The notes under the pieces were generated by a model. The model had not been told where the DNA came from, did no database searches, and saw only the letters and a program-made list of their open reading frames with translations. DNA of 64,000 bases from Dongiaceae bacterium (GTDB lineage: Bacteria; Pseudomonadota; Alphaproteobacteria; Dongiales; Dongiaceae), in the NCBI GenBank assembly GCA_046154965.1, contig JBJXDY010000021.1, positions 3,200-67,199 of the forward strand. Reading direction: 5' to 3'. Made by a program: the position numbers and the translations under genes. The stretch's first letter is position 1. Every line of letters begins with the position of its first letter. Below, piece by piece: positions 9,805-18,534 of this stretch.

Positions 9805-10307
9805 AGTCCGAGAATCGGTTTCAATGGCTTCGCGAGGGGCTTGGCAAAGCGCGCCGTCGTCCGCACATGCCCCACGCTGTTGAGTGCATCGGCCACGGCC
9901 TGCCGGTGCGGCATGTTGCCGTCGGCAAGATTGACCCTGACCGCATGGTAGCCGCTGCCGCGGGCTATGTCCTCGACCCCGGCCAATAGCGTTTGTGCGA
10001 CGGATCGGCTGTCCAGAAAATTTGCCACGATCAAATCGTCAACATCCAGGGTACGTCCGCTGCGCAGGTCAAAGCCGTCGACCAAGCTGCAAAGGCCATG
10101 CAGGTAACCGCCCGAATTTGACGCCACCAGAATGCGCCGCGGCGTCCAGGGCAAAGGCGGTAATTGACCACTGGCGTAGGCAACCCATTCCAATTCGGAT
10201 AGAGACGGGTACAGGAGTTGAGCCAAGGGCAGCGCCAGACGCAGTTCTCCCTCGGGCAGGATCCGGACCTGGAAGGCATTTTGTGCGTTGGCCGTCATTA
10301 GCGACAC
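9801..10307 (-). CDS. Hypothetical protein, weakly GNAT-acetyltransferase-like
   Basis: 168 aa. Pattern LDVDDLIVANFLDSRSVAQTLLAGVEDIARGSGYHAVRVNL resembles the GNAT beta4-alpha3 region, but the Q/RxxGxG/A motif is not canonical. Confidence 0.5.
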   Translation of the reverse strand: MSLMTANAQNAFQVRILPEGELRLALPLAQLLYPSLSELEWVAYASGQLPPLPWTPRRILVASNSGGYLHGLCSLVDGFDLRSGRTLDVDDLIVANFLDSRSVAQTLLAGVEDIARGSGYHAVRVNLADGNMPHRQAVADALNSVGHVRTTARFAKPLAKPLKPILGL

Positions 10308-10353
10308 ATATGATTATGTTGATTAATTAAATGCCCCAGTGGGCAGTCCAGCG

Positions 10354-10367
10354 ATGACCTAGATCAA
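10354..10367. promoter_or_regulatory. Candidate FNR/FixK box (ATGA-N6-TCAA)
   Basis: ATGACCTAGATCAA is one mismatch from TTGA-N6-TCAA, about 90 nt upstream of the Fnr-type gene. Possible autoregulation. Confidence 0.3.
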
Positions 10368-10454
10368 ATTGTCGCAGTTTGCTTGCTACCGGGCAGGCGA
10401 AGGCGCAAGTATAAGTCCGGCAGGGGAATGAGACCTTAGTAGGCGGGGACAGTT

Positions 10455-11192
10455 ATGCAGATCATTCGACAGGCCAAAGTGTCGCAAGAAAGTCACTTTC
10501 ATCTCGGCGAACCCTGTGCCGATTGCGAAATTCGCGAGATCGGCGTCTGCGATTCCCTGGAGCCGGAAGAGCTTGAGGAGGTCCGGCGTATCGTCTCCAC
10601 GCTGACGCTCCATCCTGGCCAGTCGGCCATCGTCGAGGGCGAACCGGCACAGGATTTATTCAATGTCATCAATGGCTCGGTGAAGCTCTACAAGCTTCTG
10701 CCGGACGGGCGCCGGCAGATCACCGGATTCCTGTCGTCAGGCGATTTCCTGGGCATCGCCTACAACGATACCTACGCCTACACGGCCGAAGCGATCACCG
10801 ACGTAAAGCTCTGCCGCTTCCCGCGGCGGCGGCTCGAAGCGCTTCTGCCCGACCACCCGACATTGGAGCGCCGCCTGCTGGGCGAGGCCGCTCATGAACT
10901 GGTGGCGGCTCAGGACCAGATGCTGTTGCTTGGGCGCAAGACGGCGATGGAGCGGGTTACTTCCTTTCTTTCCATGCTCGCCAAGAAGGCGGCGCGGGCA
11001 CGCAAATCCACGGAAAACCTCGAGGTGCCGATGACCCGCACGGATATCGGCGACTATCTCGGCCTGACAACCGAGACCGTCAGCCGCGCCATCTCGCGCC
11101 TGCGGGATGATAAGATCGTCTCCGTGGCGACCCGCGGCCAGATCGTCATTCTCGATCGGGATGCTCTGGAGCGTCTCACCGAAGGCGAATAG
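10455..11192 (+). CDS. Crp/Fnr-family regulator, Fnr type with N-terminal Cys cluster
   Basis: 245 aa. Cys-X2-Cys-X7-Cys (CADCEIREIGVC) plus central Cys (VKLCRF). cNMP-binding fold. C-terminal HTH TRTDIGDYLGLTTETVSRAISRL. Confidence 0.9.
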   Translation: MQIIRQAKVSQESHFHLGEPCADCEIREIGVCDSLEPEELEEVRRIVSTLTLHPGQSAIVEGEPAQDLFNVINGSVKLYKLLPDGRRQITGFLSSGDFLGIAYNDTYAYTAEAITDVKLCRFPRRRLEALLPDHPTLERRLLGEAAHELVAAQDQMLLLGRKTAMERVTSFLSMLAKKAARARKSTENLEVPMTRTDIGDYLGLTTETVSRAISRLRDDKIVSVATRGQIVILDRDALERLTEGE

Positions 11193-11221
11193 AATTTCAG
11201 TTCACCAGGCGCGAATGCGCG

Positions 11222-11254
11222 GCCGCTCCTTCATCGGGGAGCGGCTTTTCATTT
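11222..11254 (+). terminator. Rho-independent terminator after the fnr-type gene
   Basis: GCCGCTCC (11222-11229) / GGAGCGGC (11238-11245), 8-nt loop, then TTTTCATTT. Confidence 0.7.
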
Positions 11255-11266
11255 AGCGGGAACGGC

Positions 11267-11554
11267 ATGCAACCGGATATCTTCAAGCTCTTCGCGATCT
11301 TTGGAACCGTCTTCGTCGCCGAACTCGGCGACAAGACACAACTGGCCACCCTGCTCTTCGCCTCCGACAGCAAGCACAGCCCCATGCTGGTTTTCATCGC
11401 GGCCTCAGCTGCTCTTTGCTTGTCGACCGCTTTGGCGGTCGCACTGGGCAGCAGCGGCGCCGCCTATCTGACGCGCATGCCGCTCAAGCTGATCGCCGGC
11501 ATCGGCTTTCTCGCGCTGGGCGCCTGGACGCTGGTCGATTACTGGCGCGCATAG
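11267..11554 (+). CDS. UPF0016 (GDT1/TMEM165) family membrane protein, single-repeat form
   Basis: 95 aa, three predicted TM segments, one E-x-G-D-K-T motif (AELGDKTQ). Confidence 0.8.
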   Translation: MQPDIFKLFAIFGTVFVAELGDKTQLATLLFASDSKHSPMLVFIAASAALCLSTALAVALGSSGAAYLTRMPLKLIAGIGFLALGAWTLVDYWRA

Positions 11555-11557
11555 AGG

Positions 11558-13978
11558 CTACACGGCGCGCTCGGCGCTCAGGCCGAAGCGCCGCCGCTGT
11601 TCCGCCAGGCCGAGCAGCCGATCCTCGACCCGCCTGTTGACGGTTGCCTTCGGGAACTTGCCGTCGGGCTGGCGCTCGCCCGCCGCAACACCCGTGAGCA
11701 GCTCGATCCCCTCGTCAATCCGCGACACCGGATAGATCTGGAACTTACGGGTGCGCACGGCGTCGACCACGTCGCGCCGCAGCATCAGATGCTGCACATT
11801 GCCGGCCGGAATCAGCACGCCCTGCTGCCCGTTCAGTCCGCGCTTGGCGCAGACGTCAAAGAAGCCCTCGATCTTCTCGTTGACGCCGCCGATCACCTGG
11901 ATTTCGCCATACTGGTTCACTGAACCGGTGACGGCGAAACCCTGCTTGACCGGCAGATCGGACAGCGCCGACAGCAGCGCATAGAGCTCCGTCGACGAGG
12001 CACTGTCGCCCTCGACGCCGCCATAGGACTGCTCGAATACCAGCGTCGCCGACAGCGACAGCGGCTGATCCTCGGCATAGCGGGCACCCAGATAGCCGGC
12101 GAGGATCAGCACGCCCTTGGAATGGATCGGCCCGCCCAGTTCCACCTGCCGCTCGATATCGATGACCTCGCCCCGGCCCAGGCGCACCCGGGCACTGATT
12201 CGCGCCGGCTTGCCGAAACTCATCGTCCCCAGGGTCATCACAGACAGGCCATTGACCTGCCCGACCTTCGCACCGTCGGTGGCGATCAGCACCAGCCCCC
12301 GCTGGATCATCTCGTGGGAGCGGTCGCGCACCCGCTCGCTGCGGTCCCGCTGCGCCGCCAGCGCCTCCTCCACCTGCAGCAGACTCACGGTATCGCGCTT
12401 GCCCTGCTCGGCGAGATAGTCCGCCTCCCGCATCACATCGGCCACGGCGGAGATTCGCATCGACAGCTTGCGGGCGTCATCGGCAAGCCGCGAGGCATGC
12501 TCGATGATCCGCTCGACCGCATCACGCTCGAACGGGCGCATGCTCTCCCGCCGCGTGATCGTTGCCACCAGCCGCGCGAATGCCACCATGGTTTCGGGCT
12601 GCCGCGGCATGTCGTCTTCGAAATCGGCGGCAACCTTGAAGAGCTCGCTGAAATCTGGATCGTATTCCGACAGCATATAGTATAGCTGCCGGTCACCAAC
12701 CAGAACCACGCGGATGTTCAGCGGCACCGCCTGCGGGTCCAGAGTCACGGTGTTAACCAGCGTATACATCTGGCCCGGCGACTCGATGTGGATCTCGCGC
12801 TTCCGGATCGCGCGCTTCAGCGCCTCATAGGCATGGGGCTGGATCAGCAGTTTGCGCGCATCGACGACCAGGTAACCGCCGTTGGCGCGATGCAATGCGC
12901 CGCCTTTGATCAGCGTGAAGTCGGAGATCAGGGCGCCCATCTCGGCCAGCTGCTCGATCACCCCGACCAGATTGGCGAAGGTCGGATTGTCCTCATACAC
13001 CACCGGCGCGCCGGTCTTGCCTTTGCGGTCCACGATGACATTGACCTGATAGCGCCGGAAGCGATCGCCGTCGGCCAGCCGCGCCCCGGCCATCGCGCCG
13101 GCTGGTCCAGGTCCAGATTCCTCCTGCACGATGCCCAGGAAGATTTCCACATGTTCGACGATGTCCCGCTCCACAGCGTCGAGATAGGCGAGGATGACCG
13201 GGTTGTCCTTGTAGCGCGCCTGGATGTCGTCGATGCGGTTGCCGACGGCGAAGGTCGTCATCTTGCGATTTAGCGCGACGAGCTGGTCGCGCCGCTCCCG
13301 CTCCCAGAGCGGCAGCTGTGCCAGTGTCTTTTCCAGTTCCTCCTGGAGGCCCTCAATCGTATCGCGGATCTTTGCCTGCGCATCCTCCGGAAGCTTCTGG
13401 AATTCCTCCGGGCTCAGCATGCCGCCATTCATCGCCGGCGCAAAGCCGAAGCCGGCGGGCATGCGGATCAGCACCACGCTCCGCGCCTTGCCCAACTCCT
13501 GCAGATGCTCGAAGGCGCTCTCCTGCCGCTGCTTGAACTCATCATCGATGATCTGGCGCCGGGAGCGGTAGTTGGCGCTCTCGAACATCGCCGGCATGGT
13601 CGCCCGCAGGTCCTTGACCAGCTGCGCCATCTCGCCGCGAAATTCCACCGCTTCGCCCGGCGGCAATTCGATTGCCGTCGGCTTATGCGGCTCGGCAAAA
13701 TTGAACACGTAGCAAAGGTCCGGCGGCACCGGCTCGCCCGTCGCCACCCGGTCCAGAAACTCGCGGACCATGGAATGCTTCGCCGTGCCCGGCCCGCCGA
13801 GCGCGAAGATGTTGTAGCCCGGCCGCTTGATGCCGATGCCAAAGCGAATGGCGCGCATCGCCCGTTCCTGCCCCGGCACATCCGTCAGATCTTCCAGTTC
13901 CGCCGTGGTGGCGAATTGCGGCAGTTCATCGGCACAGCAGCGATAGAGCTGTTCCGGCAGCAGCGGTTCAACGGGCAT
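11558..13978 (-). CDS. Lon-family protease with AAA-like domain carrying a large insertion (LonC-like)
   Basis: 806 aa. Degenerate P-loop GGPGTAKHS and Walker-B-like LVVDAR about 300 aa apart. C-terminal Lon protease domain with GDSAS (Ser) and VNEKIEGF (Lys). Confidence 0.85.
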   Translation of the reverse strand: MPVEPLLPEQLYRCCADELPQFATTAELEDLTDVPGQERAMRAIRFGIGIKRPGYNIFALGGPGTAKHSMVREFLDRVATGEPVPPDLCYVFNFAEPHKPTAIELPPGEAVEFRGEMAQLVKDLRATMPAMFESANYRSRRQIIDDEFKQRQESAFEHLQELGKARSVVLIRMPAGFGFAPAMNGGMLSPEEFQKLPEDAQAKIRDTIEGLQEELEKTLAQLPLWERERRDQLVALNRKMTTFAVGNRIDDIQARYKDNPVILAYLDAVERDIVEHVEIFLGIVQEESGPGPAGAMAGARLADGDRFRRYQVNVIVDRKGKTGAPVVYEDNPTFANLVGVIEQLAEMGALISDFTLIKGGALHRANGGYLVVDARKLLIQPHAYEALKRAIRKREIHIESPGQMYTLVNTVTLDPQAVPLNIRVVLVGDRQLYYMLSEYDPDFSELFKVAADFEDDMPRQPETMVAFARLVATITRRESMRPFERDAVERIIEHASRLADDARKLSMRISAVADVMREADYLAEQGKRDTVSLLQVEEALAAQRDRSERVRDRSHEMIQRGLVLIATDGAKVGQVNGLSVMTLGTMSFGKPARISARVRLGRGEVIDIERQVELGGPIHSKGVLILAGYLGARYAEDQPLSLSATLVFEQSYGGVEGDSASSTELYALLSALSDLPVKQGFAVTGSVNQYGEIQVIGGVNEKIEGFFDVCAKRGLNGQQGVLIPAGNVQHLMLRRDVVDAVRTRKFQIYPVSRIDEGIELLTGVAAGERQPDGKFPKATVNRRVEDRLLGLAEQRRRFGLSAERAV

Positions 13979-13990
13979 GCGGTACGCCTC

Positions 13991-14716
13991 CTAGCCGCGA
14001 TCGTCCAACCAATCCGGGCCCAGATAGGCCCGCAGCGCGGCCGAAGACGGGTGTAACAATAATTCCCGGGCCGGGCCAGTGGCGGCCACCCGCCCCTCGG
14101 CGATAAAGGCGACCCGGCCGGCGGCATGCAGCGCATCCTCGGGCTGATGGGTCACGAACAGCACCGTGAAACCCTGGGTCATACGCAGTTCGTCGACCAG
14201 GTCCAGCATCTCCCGCCGCAAGGCAGGCCCCAATGCGGCAAAAGGCTCGTCCAGCAGCAGCAAAGGCCGGTTGCGCACCAGACTGCGGGCCAGGGCCGTG
14301 CGCTGCCGCTCGCCGCCGGACATCTGCTCCGGCCGCCGCTGTGTAAAGCCGCCGAGCCCGACCCGTTCCAGCGCAGCGCCCACCGCGTCCCGCTGTTCGG
14401 CCGTCAAACGCAGCCCCGGATGGATGCCGAGCCCGACATTCTGCTCCACGGTCAGATGGGCGAAGAGGTTGTTGTCCTGGAACAGCATGGTCACCGGCCG
14501 CTCATTCGGCGGCAGAGCAGCGATCTCCTGGCCGTTGACCCGGATGCTGCCGGCCTCGGCCCGCTCGAAGCCGGCGATCAGCGACAGCAGCGTGCTCTTG
14601 CCCGCGCCGCTGGGTCCGATCACGCCCAGAAAATCGCCGCTCTCCACCTGCAGATCGAATTCCATCTGCATGTCCTCATAGCGGAAGCGAAGCCGTTCGA
14701 TTTCAAGCGCGGCCAT
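13991..14716 (-). CDS. thiQ: Thiamine ABC transporter ATP-binding protein
   Basis: Start chosen at MAALEIERLRF (ATG 14716), overlapping the thiP end. Walker A GPSGAGKST, signature MSGGERQR. Operon with thiP and thiB. Confidence 0.85.
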   Translation of the reverse strand: MAALEIERLRFRYEDMQMEFDLQVESGDFLGVIGPSGAGKSTLLSLIAGFERAEAGSIRVNGQEIAALPPNERPVTMLFQDNNLFAHLTVEQNVGLGIHPGLRLTAEQRDAVGAALERVGLGGFTQRRPEQMSGGERQRTALARSLVRNRPLLLLDEPFAALGPALRREMLDLVDELRMTQGFTVLFVTHQPEDALHAAGRVAFIAEGRVAATGPARELLLHPSSAALRAYLGPDWLDDRG

Positions 14717-16292
14717 GACCGCCCAACCCCCGCTCCAGTGCAATGAACAACAGCAAGCACAACCCCAACAGCACCAGCGCCACCACCGCCGCCGCGTCGA
14801 ACTGATAGGCCGCCAGACGCTGATACAGCAGCAGCGGCAGCGTCGCCGTCTCCGGCGTGCCGAATAGGGCGATGACGCCGAGATCGCCCACGGCCAAGGC
14901 CGCGCTCAGCGCCGCGGCACGGCCCAGCGGCCGCCGCAGCACCGGCCATTCCACCAGCCGCAGCCGGTCAAAGCCGCGGATTCCCAGGCTGCGCGCCAGG
15001 CGGTCATGACGCTCCATGATCAGTTGCATCGGCTCCTCCAGGCTGCGCAGCACATAGGGCAGGCACAGGCAGGCATTGATCGTCACCACGAACAGCGGCG
15101 CCCAGGCCAGCACGTCCAGATGGGGCGACAGCAGCACGAAGAGCCCGGTGGCCAGCGCCAGCGGCGGCACCACCAGCATCAGCGACCCGCCCGCCTCCAT
15201 CATCGCCGCGCGGCGGTGGGCATAGCGGCGGTAGCGCAGATGGCGCAATGTGTCCGACAATCCAACACCGAGGATCAGGCTTAACGCGCTCGCGCCGAGC
15301 GCCAACAGGATGCTGAGCCCTGCCGCCCGCCAAAGGCTCGCTTCGCCCATCACCCGCGCGAGCGGTCCCTGAAAACCATGGATGAGCACCGCCAGGATCG
15401 GCAACCCAACAAACAGCAGTGCCAGCCCCAGCCACACACCATCGTTGAACCTTGCGCCCCGCGCTGCCGCATCCGGCCGGGGCACGGCGCGCCGCAGCCC
15501 CTGTCCCCGGGGCAGCGGCGGCATCAGCATGAACCCCGCACTGACCAGCAGGCCGCAAATGCCGATCTGCAGCAGCGCCAGCACCGCCGCGCGCTCGAGA
15601 TCAAAGTCGAACCGGACGGCCTGGAATATCGCCACCTCCATGGTGGTCGCCGCCGGTCCGCCGCCCAGCAGCAGCACCACGGGAAAGCTGGTGAAGCAGA
15701 GCATGAAGATCACACCCGCCGTGCCGGGGATGGCGCGGCTCACCAGCGGCCACTCGATCATCCTCAGCAACTCGCGGGACCGCATGCCCAGCTGCCCCGC
15801 CAACCGCCAATACTCCTCCGGGATTCCCTCCCAGACCGGCAGCAGCAGCCGCACCGCCAGCGGCAGATTGAAGAACACATGACCGATCAGTATTCCGGCC
15901 AGGCCATAGACGTTCAGCCGCCATGCGCCTCCGGCCGCGGCGATGCCGTCGCTGATCCATCCGGCACGGCCATACACCGCAAGAACGCCGAGAATCGCCA
16001 CCAGCGCCGGCATGACGATCGGCAGCATGAACAGCCGCGACAACAGCGCGCGCCCGGGAAAATTGCCGCGCCGCGCCAGCGCCCGGGCGACGGGCAGCGC
16101 AAAGCCGATGCTCAGCAGCGTCGACAGCGCCGCCTGCCACAAGGTGAACTGGATTACGCCGCGATAGTAGGAATTGGCCAGCACCGATACCGGGTTCAGA
16201 TCGCCGGCCGCGGCGATCATGCCAGACAATGCGGCGGCGATGAGCGCGCCAACCGCGCCCAGCACCGCCAGACCCGGCCATAAGGGCCGCAT
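14703..16292 (-). CDS. thiP: Thiamine/thiamine-pyrophosphate ABC transporter permease
   Basis: Start chosen at MRPLWPGL (ATG 16292), which overlaps the thiB stop (TGATG). About 529 aa, double permease typical of ThiP. The listed 709-aa ORF extends into thiB. Confidence 0.85.
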   Translation of the reverse strand: MRPLWPGLAVLGAVGALIAAALSGMIAAAGDLNPVSVLANSYYRGVIQFTLWQAALSTLLSIGFALPVARALARRGNFPGRALLSRLFMLPIVMPALVAILGVLAVYGRAGWISDGIAAAGGAWRLNVYGLAGILIGHVFFNLPLAVRLLLPVWEGIPEEYWRLAGQLGMRSRELLRMIEWPLVSRAIPGTAGVIFMLCFTSFPVVLLLGGGPAATTMEVAIFQAVRFDFDLERAAVLALLQIGICGLLVSAGFMLMPPLPRGQGLRRAVPRPDAAARGARFNDGVWLGLALLFVGLPILAVLIHGFQGPLARVMGEASLWRAAGLSILLALGASALSLILGVGLSDTLRHLRYRRYAHRRAAMMEAGGSLMLVVPPLALATGLFVLLSPHLDVLAWAPLFVVTINACLCLPYVLRSLEEPMQLIMERHDRLARSLGIRGFDRLRLVEWPVLRRPLGRAAALSAALAVGDLGVIALFGTPETATLPLLLYQRLAAYQFDAAAVVALVLLGLCLLLFIALERGLGGHGRA

Positions 16293-17290
16293 CAATTGCC
16301 CATCGCGGCCAGCCATTCGTCGATCCAGGCCTTGCGGCCGGCCGCCGCCTCGTCTGCGGTGAAGAGCAGCGCCGGCTGCGGCACCGCTTGCCGGGCAAAG
16401 GCTTCGGGCAGCCCACCCGGCGGCGCGATCACCGGATACATCCAGTTCGTCGTGGGGATCACATCCTGGAATCCCGGACCGGTCATGAACGTGAGAAACT
16501 TCTCCGCCAGATCGGGATGCGCCGATGTCGATGTGCGCGCCGCCACTTCCACCTGCATATAGTGGCCCTCGCTGAATTCCGCGGCGCGGTAGCGGTCGGT
16601 GTTCTCGGCGATGATGTGATAGGCCGGCGACGTCGTATAGCTCAGCACCATCGGCGCTTCGCCGTTGAGGAACAGGCCATAGGCCTCGCTCCATCCCTTG
16701 CTCACGGTCACGATCCGGGGCTTCAGCTTTCGCCAGATCTCCGGCGCCCGGTCGCCATAGAGCTTGCGCACCCACATCAGCAATCCAAGGCCCGGCGTGC
16801 TGCTGCGCGGGTCCTGGATCAGGATCTGCCAATCCGCCGGCCCGTTCAGCAAATCCTCAAAACTCTTCGGCGGCGCCGTGATCTTCTCCGAGTCATAGAC
16901 GAAGGCGAAGTAGCCGTAGTCGTAGGGCACGAACACCGGATCGGACCAGGACATCGGCAGCTTCAAACCCGACAGATCCATGCCATGCTCCGCGAACAGG
17001 CCCGTTGCCGCGGCCTCCGCCGTTAAACTGGTATCGAGGCCGAGAACGATATCCGCCTTGGTGTTCCTGCCTTCCAGCAGCAGCCGGCTCAGCAACGCCG
17101 CGCCGTCCTCGACGGCCACGTATTCGAGCTTACAGGTGCAATTGGCCTCAAAGGCTTTTTGCACCGCCGGCCCCGGCCCCCACTCCGAAGTGAAGGAGTT
17201 GTAGGTATAAACCGTCAGCACAGGCGGATCGGCCGCCTGGGCGGCACCGGCCGCCGCCAGGAACCAGAGAGCTGCAATCAGGACGCGCAT
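16292..17290 (-). CDS. thiB: Thiamine ABC transporter periplasmic binding protein
   Basis: 332 aa. Sec signal MRVLIAALWFLAAAGAAQA. Directly downstream of a TPP riboswitch and upstream of thiP/thiQ. Confidence 0.85.
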   Translation of the reverse strand: MRVLIAALWFLAAAGAAQAADPPVLTVYTYNSFTSEWGPGPAVQKAFEANCTCKLEYVAVEDGAALLSRLLLEGRNTKADIVLGLDTSLTAEAAATGLFAEHGMDLSGLKLPMSWSDPVFVPYDYGYFAFVYDSEKITAPPKSFEDLLNGPADWQILIQDPRSSTPGLGLLMWVRKLYGDRAPEIWRKLKPRIVTVSKGWSEAYGLFLNGEAPMVLSYTTSPAYHIIAENTDRYRAAEFSEGHYMQVEVAARTSTSAHPDLAEKFLTFMTGPGFQDVIPTTNWMYPVIAPPGGLPEAFARQAVPQPALLFTADEAAAGRKAWIDEWLAAMGN

Positions 17291-17344
17291 GTTTCAACCT
17301 CCGCAAAGAGAGAGCGGCGGCGGAAGAGACCCAAGGAAGCATAC

Positions 17345-17460
17345 TGGAGAAGTCTCGGACTCATCTCCCTCCGCCGGCATTACCCGGATCAGGTTCGTCG
17401 GGTTGGTGCGGTTGCGGGATCGCAACCAAACCTCTCAGCCACAAGGGCACCCCGTTGAGG
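17345..17460 (-). ncRNA. TPP (THI-box) riboswitch
   Basis: The minus strand reads ...GGGGUGCCC...GGCUGAGAG...ACCCGACGAACCUGAUCCGGGUAAUGCCGGCGGAGGGAG, the conserved TPP aptamer core, 55-170 nt upstream of the thiB ATG. Confidence 0.9.
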
Positions 17461-17934
17461 AGTCCTACTATAGTGATCTTTCACGCGCGTGCAATGGGTG
17501 TGCTGGGTGCAAATCCAGTCAATGCTTTGCCACAGACGAATGGTTGCCTCGCCCCACGAAGTGGGGAGAGGCAGGCGGCATCCGCGTCCAGCGGATGTTG
17601 CCGCTGAGGGGCCGGCGCCGATATGGCCACGTGTGGTTGAGCAGCCGCCGCAAGTTGGGACTACAGAATATCGGTCGGCATTTACTGGCTCAGTCCGTTC
17701 AACGCCGAGCCGCCAGGCCCTCACCCGCGCAACATTCGCTGGGCGCGAATGTTGTGCACCCTCTCCCGCTCCGCGGGCGATGGGACAATGCTGTTGTTGG
17801 ATGATTGCACTATCTCCTTACCCGCCGCCGGCGATAGTGCGCCCGTGGCCTTGGCATTGTTGCCGCAGGTCTCCATCTGGCACCAGCGCCGCGATTGGTT
17901 GCGAGACGCATCCAGGAAGAACCACTGGCACTAA

Positions 17935-18114
17935 TCATTGGAGCGGTGATGGACGCGCGCGCGATCCCGTGATCGCCAGGAGTGCCGTCAGCATCTGCAG
18001 TTGCGAGCGCTGCCGGTCGCCGATGATGCCGGCCGTCTTGGCCCAGGCCAAGCACTTCCCATGGCCAGTCAGCCGTTCCTCCGGCGCCTCGAGCCAGCCG
18101 CACCGTTCGACCAT
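17935..18114 (-). other. Possible small ORF or gene remnant (59 codons from ATG; frame open further upstream)
   Basis: My own translation: MVERCGWLEAPEERLTGHGKCLAWAKTAGIIGDRQRSQLQMLTALLAITGSRARPSPLQ. Protein-like composition, but no RBS or homology recognised. Confidence 0.2.
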
Positions 18115-18534
18115 GCTGAGGAAATCCAGACACGCGGCAGCGGCGCGGGTATACCTTAACGAGGGCGCGGACCCGTAAATCGAGCTTGATTGCTACCCGA
18201 TGTCCGATATCAGCCGATAGCGGGCCACATTCCGCATCGCAGCGAAACGACGCTAAGTGCCGATAGTTGCCGTCACGCCAGTTTGCATTTTTTTTGAATC
18301 ACATTGCACCGAAGCCGCAAGCAAGGCCGCCGGCGATTCTTTCTTGAAAGCACTTGTTTCTAACTGCTATCGGTGCCGCAGGCTTTCAGCACGGACCCGT
18401 TATCGCTAGAACAAAATCCACCAATAGAATAGTCTTCCTTTCCCGCCGGCGCATGAAATCACTCAGGCTAGCGGCGATCGGGCGTTTTCGGGGTGGAACT
18501 CGCCCATATCGAGCAAAAAAAGGAGGGGCCGAAC

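Noticed and set aside
11193-11266. Possible Mn-sensing yybP-ykoY riboswitch upstream of the UPF0016 gene
   Set aside because: The 74-nt gap is almost fully taken up by the terminator hairpin of the fnr-type gene. It is too short for, and lacks the conserved elements of, that riboswitch as far as I can judge by eye.
11558-13978. Lon-like protein as BrxL of a BREX defence system
   Set aside because: No other BREX components (PglX methylase, PglZ, BrxA/B/C) or any defence-type gene is nearby. The neighbours are thiamine transport and a UPF0016 gene.
16293-16832. N-terminal 180-codon extension of the thiP ORF (listed as 14703-16832)
   Set aside because: The extension overlaps thiB in another frame. 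An ATG at 16292 overlapping the thiB stop gives a normal-length ThiP.
17489-18178. 229-aa plus-strand ORF in the gap upstream of the TPP riboswitch
   Set aside because: It has an implausible Cys/Trp/Arg/Pro-rich composition, no RBS, and spans REP-like palindromes. The region is treated as non-coding.
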